Shown here: in pieces, positions 10,044-19,033 of the stretch | Numbering within the stretch: the first letter of the stretch is position 1 | Layout: each line of letters starts with the position of its first letter | Origin: Fidelibacterota bacterium | GTDB lineage: Bacteria; Fidelibacterota; UBA2242 | Length of the DNA: 64,000 bases | Reading direction: 5' to 3' | Assembly (NCBI GenBank): GCA_049975265.1 | Contig: JBNGDF010000003.1 | Location: forward strand, 1 to 64,000 | Made by a program: the position numbers and the translations under genes | Notes under the pieces: model-generated | The model's database searches: none | Told to the model about the DNA's origin: nothing | What the model saw: only the letters and a program-made list of their open reading frames with translations

Positions 10044-12254
10044 ATGCCTGTCAATGGGAAATCGCAGAAGGTTAACTGCCTGGTTTTTGCCGTTGGTTTT
10101 ACGGCTATCGCCGGGCAGTTGGCATTTATCCGTCTGATTACGCAGTCCTTCAGCGGGAATGAGTTGTCCATGTCGATCGCCATTGGGCATTGGATGCTCT
10201 GGACAGGGATTGGCAGTTTGCTGGGAGCCCGGTTTATCCGCCGTGATTTTCTGGTCAGACACCTGTTCGGATTGATTGTCTTTTATACATTTCTTTTAAT
10301 CGTTACCTCCAATCTGCTGCTGGTGCTCCGTCGGGTGATCGGCGTTGATTTGAGTGAAGTTCTGGGCTTGGGGCGCATATTTATGTGGAGCGGGATAATG
10401 CTGCTACCATCGGCGCTGGTCAATGGACTGTTTTTTCCCACCTGTATCCGCTGGGTTGACGACCTGCAGATCAGCTATCCGATTCATAAAGTCTACATTT
10501 TTGAAACCCTCGGTTCGGCGGTGGGGGGGATTGTTCTGATCTTATTGGTATCATTGGGAATGCAGACCAGCCATGTCATTCATCTGTCGGCTTTTTCATT
10601 TGTAGTTATCGGCGGGTGGATATTGCTGAGAACAGGAAAATTTCGCCTGCTGACAAGCATTGCTGCGGTGCTGTTCATCGGGCTTTTTTCCGGTGTCGTT
10701 ATCCCGGCGATGGAACGCGTAAAATGGCGTCCCTATCGGATCGAGGCGATCAGAGAATCGCCGCATCAGGTTCTGACTGCATTATCCTATGCGGGTGATC
10801 GGTTGCTGTTTTCCAACAGCGAACCACTCTGGAGTTTCGGAATCGAAGAGAATGCCGAAGAACTGGTGCATTTTGCTCTGCTGAATCACCCTGAACCGAA
10901 GCATGTTTTGGTGATCGGGGCACTTTTTCAGGATATAATCGGGCAGTTGTTAAAATATCCCGCCATGGAATCGATCCATGCCGTACAGAATGATAAAATC
11001 CTGAATGAATTTGTCCGGCATCCAGGTTCCGAACAGCCGATGGATAGAGTGAAGGTTCATAGAGTCGTTGATGACCCGGTGCGGTTTATGCAGAGTAGCC
11101 GGAAGCATTTTGATGTGGTCATTCTGAATATTCCGTTACCGGTGAATGTTGCCTGGAATGTCTACTACTCCCGGGAGTTTCTGACGCTTCTGAAAGACTA
11201 TTTGAATGCGGAAGCAGTTGTTTCGATGTGCTTTCCGGGCAGCGAAACCTATCTGAACAATTATCAGGTTCAATTTTTCAAAGTGATGGAAAACACCGTG
11301 CGGTCGGTATTTAGATACTCCGAATGGGTACCCGGCGCTACGATTCATTTGCTGGCTTCCGATCATAGACTTGACAACCGACTTGAAACGATCATCTCCG
11401 AATTACAGCGACGGGAAATCGAAAACCGCTACATTCAGAAGAATTATTTATGGGATCGTCTGTCTCCATTGAAAATTGATTTTCTGCTGAGCCGTTTATC
11501 CCGGTCTGACACCGAAAGAGTCAACTCCATCAAAAAACCGGTGGCATTTTATTACAGTACAGTCGTATGGGACCAGCGGACGGGCGGGTTGTTGAAGAAA
11601 ATCTATCCCTGGTTTGACAGACAACCGGCATTCCTGTTCACGATTGTATTCGTCGGAATATGTTTCATTGTGTTCCTTATTTTGGATCGTCGGAAACAGG
11701 CTGGTGCGACTGGTAAGATGATAATGGCGCTGGTGGGATTTTCTGTCATGAGCTTGGAATCGGTTGTACTGATTGCGATGCAGAGCTATGCCGGCGCACT
11801 TTATGTACGCATCGCTCTTCTGAGTATGGCGTTTATGCTGGGTGCCGCGGCGGGTGCCTCCTGGCAACGTCGCGGTCAGCATGTTCACGGTCGGCACCCG
11901 CTGTGGATCGCCTGCGCCGTTTTGTTATTGACGAACATTGTATATGGATTGCTGTTGTTGCACGATTCTCTCGTACTGGATTTTCCGTGGTTCCACTATC
12001 TGACATTGCTGATTTGTGGCGGTATGAGCGGGATGATATTTCCGATTCTGAGCCTGCGTATCAAGAGCCTGTCGGCAACCTCCGCCGCCGGTGCAGCGGG
12101 CTCCGTATATGCCTGGGATATTATCGGTTCCTGTCTCGGTATCTATGTGACATCGGGACTCATTATCCCGGTTTACGGATTAATGACGGTGACAGCTCAG
12201 GTTGCAGCGATTTTGGTACTGCTGCTGATCGCTTTATTTCGTTTCGGCAGATAA
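10044..12254 (+). CDS. Membrane-fused spermidine synthase-like protein (TM - SAM-binding-fold domain - TM)
   Basis: GNELS...WTGIGS, Y.FETLGSAVGG, ESP.Q, EELVH..LL.HP.PK.VLVIG, FDVVIL..P.P, YY.SREF, Y..D..GS..G. Confidence 0.8.
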   Translation: MPVNGKSQKVNCLVFAVGFTAIAGQLAFIRLITQSFSGNELSMSIAIGHWMLWTGIGSLLGARFIRRDFLVRHLFGLIVFYTFLLIVTSNLLLVLRRVIGVDLSEVLGLGRIFMWSGIMLLPSALVNGLFFPTCIRWVDDLQISYPIHKVYIFETLGSAVGGIVLILLVSLGMQTSHVIHLSAFSFVVIGGWILLRTGKFRLLTSIAAVLFIGLFSGVVIPAMERVKWRPYRIEAIRESPHQVLTALSYAGDRLLFSNSEPLWSFGIEENAEELVHFALLNHPEPKHVLVIGALFQDIIGQLLKYPAMESIHAVQNDKILNEFVRHPGSEQPMDRVKVHRVVDDPVRFMQSSRKHFDVVILNIPLPVNVAWNVYYSREFLTLLKDYLNAEAVVSMCFPGSETYLNNYQVQFFKVMENTVRSVFRYSEWVPGATIHLLASDHRLDNRLETIISELQRREIENRYIQKNYLWDRLSPLKIDFLLSRLSRSDTERVNSIKKPVAFYYSTVVWDQRTGGLLKKIYPWFDRQPAFLFTIVFVGICFIVFLILDRRKQAGATGKMIMALVGFSVMSLESVVLIAMQSYAGALYVRIALLSMAFMLGAAAGASWQRRGQHVHGRHPLWIACAVLLLTNIVYGLLLLHDSLVLDFPWFHYLTLLICGGMSGMIFPILSLRIKSLSATSAAGAAGSVYAWDIIGSCLGIYVTSGLIIPVYGLMTVTAQVAAILVLLLIALFRFGR

Positions 12255-12384
12255 GATAAGCTTTCCGAAGATTGACTATCAAAGTTGTTCCCCTCCGACG
12301 GTATTCTCGCTGACCTTCAGAAAATTGGTTATTCGACTGGAATGTTGCGTGTGGTGAACAGAGTTACCCGAATCCGGAGGAGGT

Positions 12385-13932
12385 CTAATTGTCGTTCAGC
12401 GTTGCGCGATTGAACACCTGCGCCGAAAAGATGCTGATTTCGGTGTTTTTGTCTTTCCATGCGTCGGGAGGTAATCCGGCTTTCCGGCAGGTATGTTGCA
12501 GAAAGGTTTCGCGGTCCCAGCCGTAATCCGTTGCCACCTGCGGCAACAGCAGGCCCTGGTAATAACCCTGCTTGATAATGATGCCGTGTTTGCCGACCTC
12601 AATGATGGAGGGGTCGTCAATTATTTCCGGTACGGTCAAAACAGAAACTTCCACTTCCAAATGCTCCAGTTCGGCGGGTGTCACCGGATTGAAGCGCGGG
12701 TCCCGCAGAGCCGCTGACTGAGCCACTTCGATGACGGTTTCGTAGAGGGGATAAACCGGCAGAATATAGCCGATACAGCCGCGCAGCTGACCATGTTTTT
12801 CAATGGTTACAAAGGCGCCCCGCTTCTCTTTGCAGATAGGGGGTATGTCTTGCGGTTTCGGCAGTGGTTTGCCCCTGACACAGGCGTGGATGACATCCTC
12901 CGCCAGTTGGAGGAGGAATTTTTGTTCCCCGATATTCAGCTCGCGGTTGCCGGGGTTTTTCGATTTCATGCTGTTATCCTTTTTTAATGTGGTCTTCTCT
13001 TTGTAAAACGCCGCCGCCATATAGCCGACGACCCGTGATTTGTCACCGAAGGGCACGTCGCCGCTATTGGCATAATGCAGCAGTTGAACATTGGTGGCAT
13101 TATTCATTTGGGCGGCGATCATGGTAGCGATGATGGGACCGCCGCCGCAGGCTTCGAGGGTTTTCGTCATTAAACCGCGGTAGAGTCGATCGATTGTAAA
13201 ACTCTCGACGGTCTCCATGAACCGGCGATCGATTTTTTTACAGGTTTCGTAATCGTGATAGTGAGACAGGTCACTGGAGGCGATGATCAGCAGGTCATAC
13301 GTCGCAGCCATTTTACCCAGTTGGCGTCCCAGTGTTTCGATGATATTCCATTCCATAGTACCGAGTACGATCGGAACGATGGGAACCTCACCAAGAACCA
13401 TCTGGAGGAAAGGCAACTGAACTTCGAGGCTGTGTTCTGCACGACCGCTCAACCCGATGCCGTGACCTTTTGCCGATATCTGAACAGCGTTGCCTGACGC
13501 CAGTTTTTGGGCAATAGTTTTTTCAACGCTCAGTTTACCCAGTGGGGTCAGGTAAGCATCGCCGTCGTATATGGAAGCGAAATCGAAATAGTCGATATGG
13601 CAGGGTGAGATCACTATCACAGCGTCATACGAGTATCCCTTTACGGCAGCATAACTGTATGCCGCCACCGGTCCGCTGTAGGGGTATCCTGCATGCGGCA
13701 CAATCACAGTAAAAGGTTTCCGGGGTGGGATTTCACCCTGAACCGCCGCCAGATAGTTTTCGATAGCCTGGCGGATTTCTGTTTCACTTTTCGGATAAAA
13801 CAGACCGGCATTATAGGCGGGTCGCTCTTTGGCATTGCCGGTTTGATTGCATCCAAGCAGCATAGCACACACTCCCATGGTAATAATGGTTTTAAAGGTG
13901 AGTATTCCTCTTATTCTTCCAAATCCTCTCAT
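12385..13932 (-). CDS. amrB: AmmeMemoRadiSam protein B (MEMO1-like) fused to protein A (AMMECR1-like), with lipoprotein signal
   Basis: PHAGY.YSG, EHSLEVQLPFL, SSDLSHY, CGGGP (MEMO) followed by LRGCIG, DPRF, GLLLPQVA, KAGL (AMMECR1). Start moved to ATG 13932, which overlaps the amrS stop as ATGA; lipobox LLGC. Confidence 0.9.
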   Translation of the reverse strand: MRGFGRIRGILTFKTIITMGVCAMLLGCNQTGNAKERPAYNAGLFYPKSETEIRQAIENYLAAVQGEIPPRKPFTVIVPHAGYPYSGPVAAYSYAAVKGYSYDAVIVISPCHIDYFDFASIYDGDAYLTPLGKLSVEKTIAQKLASGNAVQISAKGHGIGLSGRAEHSLEVQLPFLQMVLGEVPIVPIVLGTMEWNIIETLGRQLGKMAATYDLLIIASSDLSHYHDYETCKKIDRRFMETVESFTIDRLYRGLMTKTLEACGGGPIIATMIAAQMNNATNVQLLHYANSGDVPFGDKSRVVGYMAAAFYKEKTTLKKDNSMKSKNPGNRELNIGEQKFLLQLAEDVIHACVRGKPLPKPQDIPPICKEKRGAFVTIEKHGQLRGCIGYILPVYPLYETVIEVAQSAALRDPRFNPVTPAELEHLEVEVSVLTVPEIIDDPSIIEVGKHGIIIKQGYYQGLLLPQVATDYGWDRETFLQHTCRKAGLPPDAWKDKNTEISIFSAQVFNRATLNDN

Positions 13933-15047
13933 GACCAGATGCCGGGAATCGGTATGTTGCAGTGCGGACACCTACCGTTTTTGATACTGTTTTTTAAAAT
14001 GGTATACCCTTTGCGTACGATCAGGTCGGTGCCGCAATCCGGACAGACCGTATTTTCATGAATATGTCCCGGCACATTGCCGACGTACACATAGTGAATG
14101 CCCGCATCTTTGGCGATCTGGTATGCCATATCGAGGGTTTTGACCGGTGTGGGCGGAAGATTTTGCAAAAGATAATGGGGGTGAAAACGGGTAAAATGGA
14201 GGGGAACGTCGGCACCCAGATTAGCGATGATCCACTTACACATCTTTTCAATTTCCGAACGGCTGTCATTCAGTGTCGGAATGACCAGGTTGACCATCTC
14301 CAGCCAGACACCCTGTGACTTAATTGTCACCATGGTGTCCAGCACAGGTTTCATTGAACCGGAAACCATGTCGCGGTAGAAATTCTCGGAGAAGGCTTTG
14401 AAGTCTACTTTAATTGCATCCAGCACGCCACACAGGTCGCGGAGGGGTATCTGATTAATAAAGCCGTTGGAGATGTTGACATTGCGAATACCACGTTTCC
14501 GACTGATCATCGCCGTATCGAGGACATATTCGGTAAAGACGGTGGGCTCATTATAGGTATAGGCAATCGTCGGGATGGAATAGCATTCCGCCGTTTTGAC
14601 CAGCTCCTCTGGTGCAACATATCGGAAGCTCAAATCCTCGGGATTCGATTGTGCCAGATTCCAGTTTTGACAAAATTTGCACTTTACATTACAGCCGCTG
14701 GTAGAGACCGACAGCGCTGTAGTGCCGGGCAGGAAATGGAACAGCGGTTTCTTTTCGATCGGATCATTGTTCATGGCGGTCAGGCGTCCGTAAACCAGGG
14801 TTTTGTACTGACCGTCCTGATTTTCCCGAACGCGGCAGTAGCCCCGCTGTCCGGGGACCACAATACACCGTCGCGGACAGAGCTCGCAACGAACCCGTTG
14901 ATTGTCCAGAGCTTCCCAGTAGCGGGCGTCACGAATGTAGAGGTATTGATCATTCCCATTCCGGGCGGAAGCGGCGAACAGTCGGGCGGAGGCGACACCC
15001 GCCAGACCTTTCATGGATAGTTCAACGAATTCGCGCCTGGAAAGCAT
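13929..15047 (-). CDS. amrS: AmmeMemoRadiSam radical SAM enzyme with twin-arginine signal peptide
   Basis: SRREFV Tat motif; CELCPRRC, DPIEKKPLFHF.PG, CxxxCxxC (CNVKCKFC), YNEP, FHP.Y, C-terminal CxxC...CxxC. Confidence 0.92.
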   Translation of the reverse strand: MLSRREFVELSMKGLAGVASARLFAASARNGNDQYLYIRDARYWEALDNQRVRCELCPRRCIVVPGQRGYCRVRENQDGQYKTLVYGRLTAMNNDPIEKKPLFHFLPGTTALSVSTSGCNVKCKFCQNWNLAQSNPEDLSFRYVAPEELVKTAECYSIPTIAYTYNEPTVFTEYVLDTAMISRKRGIRNVNISNGFINQIPLRDLCGVLDAIKVDFKAFSENFYRDMVSGSMKPVLDTMVTIKSQGVWLEMVNLVIPTLNDSRSEIEKMCKWIIANLGADVPLHFTRFHPHYLLQNLPPTPVKTLDMAYQIAKDAGIHYVYVGNVPGHIHENTVCPDCGTDLIVRKGYTILKNSIKNGRCPHCNIPIPGIWS

Positions 15048-15056
15048 GATGACCGG

Positions 15057-15524
15057 TTAAATTGTCGTTGCGATCAACTGAGCGACGTTGATCAGGTAGT
15101 TGTTTTTATCCAGCAGATTCTGCACCGCCGAGACCTTGACGAAATAGCTACCCTTATAGAAACAGATCAATCCGGGACTCTCGCTACCGGCGTCGCCGAC
15201 ATTGACCTGACTGAAGGATTGATAGCGCTTGTACAGGGCGCTGGCATCTTCCTGTCCACGGGTTTTGAATATCTCGACTTTCATCTTCGTCTGGTTGGGA
15301 CCTTCAATTTCCTGTACCAAAATCATTTTCAGTCCATAGCCGCTGTACAGATGGTAATTTTCTTTCAGATAATTGGCGTAATCCTTGCCGGTACTCAATA
15401 ATTGGTAATCCGTCATTCTCCAGCCGAGGTAATCATTTTTTTTGATCAACAGGCGGCGGGTGGATGCGCAGGATGCAACGAGCAGGCAGCTTAACACAAT
15501 CAGGGAAACGGTTCTTGCTTTCAT
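15057..15524 (-). CDS. Hypothetical lipoprotein (DUF6599-like)
   Basis: MKARTVSLIVLSCLLVASC lipobox; VEIF...A..LY and F.KG.YFVKV patterns; start 2 nt after the upstream stop. Confidence 0.55.
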   Translation of the reverse strand: MKARTVSLIVLSCLLVASCASTRRLLIKKNDYLGWRMTDYQLLSTGKDYANYLKENYHLYSGYGLKMILVQEIEGPNQTKMKVEIFKTRGQEDASALYKRYQSFSQVNVGDAGSESPGLICFYKGSYFVKVSAVQNLLDKNNYLINVAQLIATTI

Positions 15525-15526
15525 GT

Positions 15527-17059
15527 CTAAAATCTCTCTTCTCCTTCTCGGGTTACAACGATTCCAGCCTCTCCTTCCAGAGGGCATTTGTTTTCACAGA
15601 TACCGCAACCGATACACAGATCGCTGTCCACCCAGGGGTAGGCGACCAGACGAATTGAGCCGGTCCCGGGATCCGCATATTCCTTTTCTGTCAGTTTAAT
15701 AGCCTTATCGGGCAACGGGCAATGCTCTTCACAGACGATGCAGTTTTCATTCAGGCGGTAGGGAATACAGCGATCCGTCAGAAAAAATGCCGTGCCGACC
15801 TTGATGTTTTGCTTTTCTTCCAGTTCCAGAGGTCGAATGGCTTTGGTGGGGCAGATCTGTCCGCAAAGATTGCAGTTGTATTCGCAATATCCAAGCCGGT
15901 ATTGAGAAACCGGTGTCAGCAAGCCTGCCAGTCCGGTTTCCAGAAACGCCATCTGCAAACAGGCGCCGGAGGTGGCACAAATCCGCACGCACTCTCCACA
16001 GCGGACGCAGCGCTCTATAAAATCGTCTTCAGGCAGCGCCCCCGGTGGTCGCAGGCGGCGATCAGTTCTGCGGGGATTCAATCCGTTCAGGGAGAGAAGC
16101 CCTGTCCCAAGCAGCGCTGCAACACCGGCACCGATAAACGAGCGCCGTGAAAAGTCCGGGGCACTCTGCATTGCCAGCGGCGATTGGAAGCCGTAGCGAA
16201 TGGCATCGGCGGGACAATCTGCCTGGCAGTCCAGACAGAGGATACATTCCGATTTTTCAGTGTGAATATAATCCTCCTCAATGGCGTCCATTTTGCATTT
16301 TTTCTGACACACCGAGCAGGCGGTACAGCTTTTTTCGGCGACAATGCGCTGAAGCGGGCTGAATTTTGCCAGCAATCCCAATAAAGCGCCAAGAGGACAA
16401 AGGTTGCGGCACCAGAAGCGGCGGGAGATTTTTCCCAACGCCAGGATGGTGATGAAAATTAAAAAGGGCAGAAACAGGTTGGTAAACGTGGGTGAACCGA
16501 GCGGGAAAAACCGGATGGAGATGCTATCCTGGAGATTGAGAATGGTATCGGTGAATAGATCCAGATCGTACAAGCCGTTCAGAATGCCGTTGGACACCAG
16601 GTAGAAAAAGGATATGCCGAATATGCCCAGCGAGCGCCAGAGAATAGGCAGCGGGTCCAGATACCAGGCGATCTGCCAGCCCAGAACGGCAAAGAGGAGA
16701 ATCAGAATCAGCAAGAAGCTTTTGACAGATCGGTATTTACGGGTCGCAATATTCCTCTTTTTGGCGATGAATCGGTCAGAAAGATCGATGGTCGTGCCCA
16801 GCGGGCAAATCCAGCCGCAGAATGCCCGACTAAAAACGAGCGGTGACAGCAGGACAATCAGGGCAATCAGAAAAAGCGGGTCGAAAAATCGTCCGGCGAT
16901 CTGGGTTGCCAGGGCTGTCAACGGGTCTGCCCACAGGAAAAGCTCTGGCGGAATCCAGGGCTGGAAGGGGTAGCCGGCTTGCAGGACGGTCAGGATAAAA
17001 AGCCCGAGAAAGACCAGCTGAACTGTACGTCGCAGGGTAGTTTTACGGATCGTTTTCAT
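15527..17059 (-). CDS. Membrane polyferredoxin (NapH/MauN-like membrane domain fused to NapG/MauM-like 4Fe-4S domain)
   Basis: FCGWICPLG, WCRNLCPLG, several CxxCxxCxxxCP motifs, internal SRRSFI motif, LRPPGAL.E..F...C.RCG.C. Confidence 0.88.
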   Translation of the reverse strand: MKTIRKTTLRRTVQLVFLGLFILTVLQAGYPFQPWIPPELFLWADPLTALATQIAGRFFDPLFLIALIVLLSPLVFSRAFCGWICPLGTTIDLSDRFIAKKRNIATRKYRSVKSFLLILILLFAVLGWQIAWYLDPLPILWRSLGIFGISFFYLVSNGILNGLYDLDLFTDTILNLQDSISIRFFPLGSPTFTNLFLPFLIFITILALGKISRRFWCRNLCPLGALLGLLAKFSPLQRIVAEKSCTACSVCQKKCKMDAIEEDYIHTEKSECILCLDCQADCPADAIRYGFQSPLAMQSAPDFSRRSFIGAGVAALLGTGLLSLNGLNPRRTDRRLRPPGALPEDDFIERCVRCGECVRICATSGACLQMAFLETGLAGLLTPVSQYRLGYCEYNCNLCGQICPTKAIRPLELEEKQNIKVGTAFFLTDRCIPYRLNENCIVCEEHCPLPDKAIKLTEKEYADPGTGSIRLVAYPWVDSDLCIGCGICENKCPLEGEAGIVVTREGEERF

Positions 17060-17952
17060 GTCGTAAAATTATATTTTTGAGCCGGGAATTTGCGGGTGTC
17101 GATTCTACCCATTCCGGCGGCGTGTGCCAGCTTCAGATACTCCAGCGATTCCGGTTCGGAGCCAAATATTCGGGCGCTCCAGGCATCCACCAGAACCCGG
17201 TCGGTCCCGGCAATCAGGGTGTTTAATTCATCTACGTCATTCAGATTTCCACCGGAGGGACCGTTGCGGCGCAGTACCCGGATGGCATCAACTATCGTGA
17301 GGTGCGGGACGATGACACGGTTGATGTCCACGATATTCTCGGCGAACGGGCGGTGAATCCGTCCGCGGTTGCCGCCCAGCAGTCCCATCATGTTTTTGAA
17401 ACCAATGGTCAAGCCGGACAGGGAGTGATGCTTGAGAATCGGCAGATTGATGATTTTATCCACCTTAAAAACCTCGGTGTGGATCAGCCAGCGATCCAGT
17501 TGCGTGGCACCGGGAATTTCTGTATCGACGAAATGGCTGTCCCGGACAAAGCGGACATCGGCGCCGGCTTTTTCGGCATATTCGGGAATCTGGGTGCTTT
17601 TGTAACAGCGCCGGGCGTCGTTGCAGGTATTGTCGACGATTAACACCTTCCTGGCACCGGCGTTCAAACAGAGTCGGACTATGGCAGCGACCAGCACCGG
17701 ATTTGACGTGGCGCCGTATTCCGGTCGGCGGTCCCAGCTGATGTTCGGTTTCAGCAACACATAGTCATCTTTGGAAATGAATGTCGAGATACCGCCCAGC
17801 ATTTCAAATACCTTTGCCGCCATCGCTTCGGGAGAACCGTTTTGAACAATGACGATGATGGGCGAAGTCTGCTCAGCCGGAATCGGTTTGTGACCGATCA
17901 TTCCCGCACCGGCGATCAGGGCAGTTGATTTTAAGAATGTACGTCGATCCAT
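17056..17952 (-). CDS. DUF362 Fe-S protein with Tat signal
   Basis: MDRRTFLK Tat motif; VLLKPN, T.P, INLP.LK.H, KNMMG, D.V.VD. Confidence 0.85.
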   Translation of the reverse strand: MDRRTFLKSTALIAGAGMIGHKPIPAEQTSPIIVIVQNGSPEAMAAKVFEMLGGISTFISKDDYVLLKPNISWDRRPEYGATSNPVLVAAIVRLCLNAGARKVLIVDNTCNDARRCYKSTQIPEYAEKAGADVRFVRDSHFVDTEIPGATQLDRWLIHTEVFKVDKIINLPILKHHSLSGLTIGFKNMMGLLGGNRGRIHRPFAENIVDINRVIVPHLTIVDAIRVLRRNGPSGGNLNDVDELNTLIAGTDRVLVDAWSARIFGSEPESLEYLKLAHAAGMGRIDTRKFPAQKYNFTT

Positions 17953-18147
17953 ATTATTTCCTGTTTTAAATTGAAAATAACAGTTTCAGTCAAGGAATTC
18001 AAGAGATTAGATACGGGTCAGAACGCACTTGTCATTTTGTTTTATTTTTTAATCGGTAGCTGCTATATTTTGATTCGTGTGTCGGTATACGGTTTGAGAA
18101 TTGAATATGAAATATCCCATTTGTCGGAAAATGTTTCGGAGGTGAAT

Positions 18148-18969
18148 ATGACAAATCCAACCAAAATAGCCATTATCGGGGCGGGTAACATCGGTAACTC
18201 AATTGCCAACGGCTTGATTCAGTCCGGAGAGTTTTCTGCCGGCAATATCGTCCTGACCCGTCGAAAAGTTCATCTGCTGGAAGCGATGCAGGCGAAAGGC
18301 TTTGTGGTGACCAGTGATAATGCCGCCGCCGTCAGACAGAGCGAGGTTGTTATCGTCGCCGTGGAACCGCACCAGACGGATGGTGTTCTGCAACAGCTGG
18401 CACCGGTACTCGATCCTCAGAAGCATACCCTCATTTCGGTGGTTACAGGCGTTGAAATCCGCCAGATCGCCGCCATTGTCGGTGATCAGATAAGCATTAT
18501 CCGGGCGATGCCGAATACCGCCATCGCTGTACGGGAATCCATGACGAGCCTTGCTTCAAACGGCGCCAATGAGCGTGCCATCGAACTGGCGAAATCTATT
18601 TTTGATACCGTCGGCAGGACTATTTTCATTAATGAAGAGAATATGACAGCGGCAACGGCATTGGGCGCCTGCGGGATTGCGTTTTTTCTGCGCGCGATCC
18701 GGGCGGCAAGTCAGGGCGGTATAGAAATCGGTTTCCATTCCGAAGATGCCCTGATGATCGCTTCTCAGACTGCCAAAGGTGCAGCAACACTCCTGCTGTC
18801 ATCGGGAAATCATCCCGAACGGGAAATCGATAAGGTTACTACACCAAAGGGCTGTACCATTGCCGGGTTGAACCGCATGGAGCATGAGGGGTTCAGCTCC
18901 GCCATGATCAAAGGAATCACCGTCTCTGCTGATATCGCCGCAGGTCTCTATCGTGCCGAAAAAAAATAA
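18148..18969 (+). CDS. proC: Pyrroline-5-carboxylate reductase
   Basis: IIGAGNIG, RAMPNT, V.TPKGCTI.GL; GGAGGTG SD supports ATG 18148 rather than TTG 17971. Confidence 0.93.
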   Translation: MTNPTKIAIIGAGNIGNSIANGLIQSGEFSAGNIVLTRRKVHLLEAMQAKGFVVTSDNAAAVRQSEVVIVAVEPHQTDGVLQQLAPVLDPQKHTLISVVTGVEIRQIAAIVGDQISIIRAMPNTAIAVRESMTSLASNGANERAIELAKSIFDTVGRTIFINEENMTAATALGACGIAFFLRAIRAASQGGIEIGFHSEDALMIASQTAKGAATLLLSSGNHPEREIDKVTTPKGCTIAGLNRMEHEGFSSAMIKGITVSADIAAGLYRAEKK

Positions 18970-19033
18970 CGGAGCCCACCAATTCCGTGTAAATTGTGTT
19001 TATGAGTGGTGATAATCGGGGCGACTTCCGGAA

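Noticed and set aside
17971..18147. 59-aa N-terminal extension of ProC
   Set aside because: AT-rich divergent promoter region; the SD and Rossmann motif support ATG 18148.
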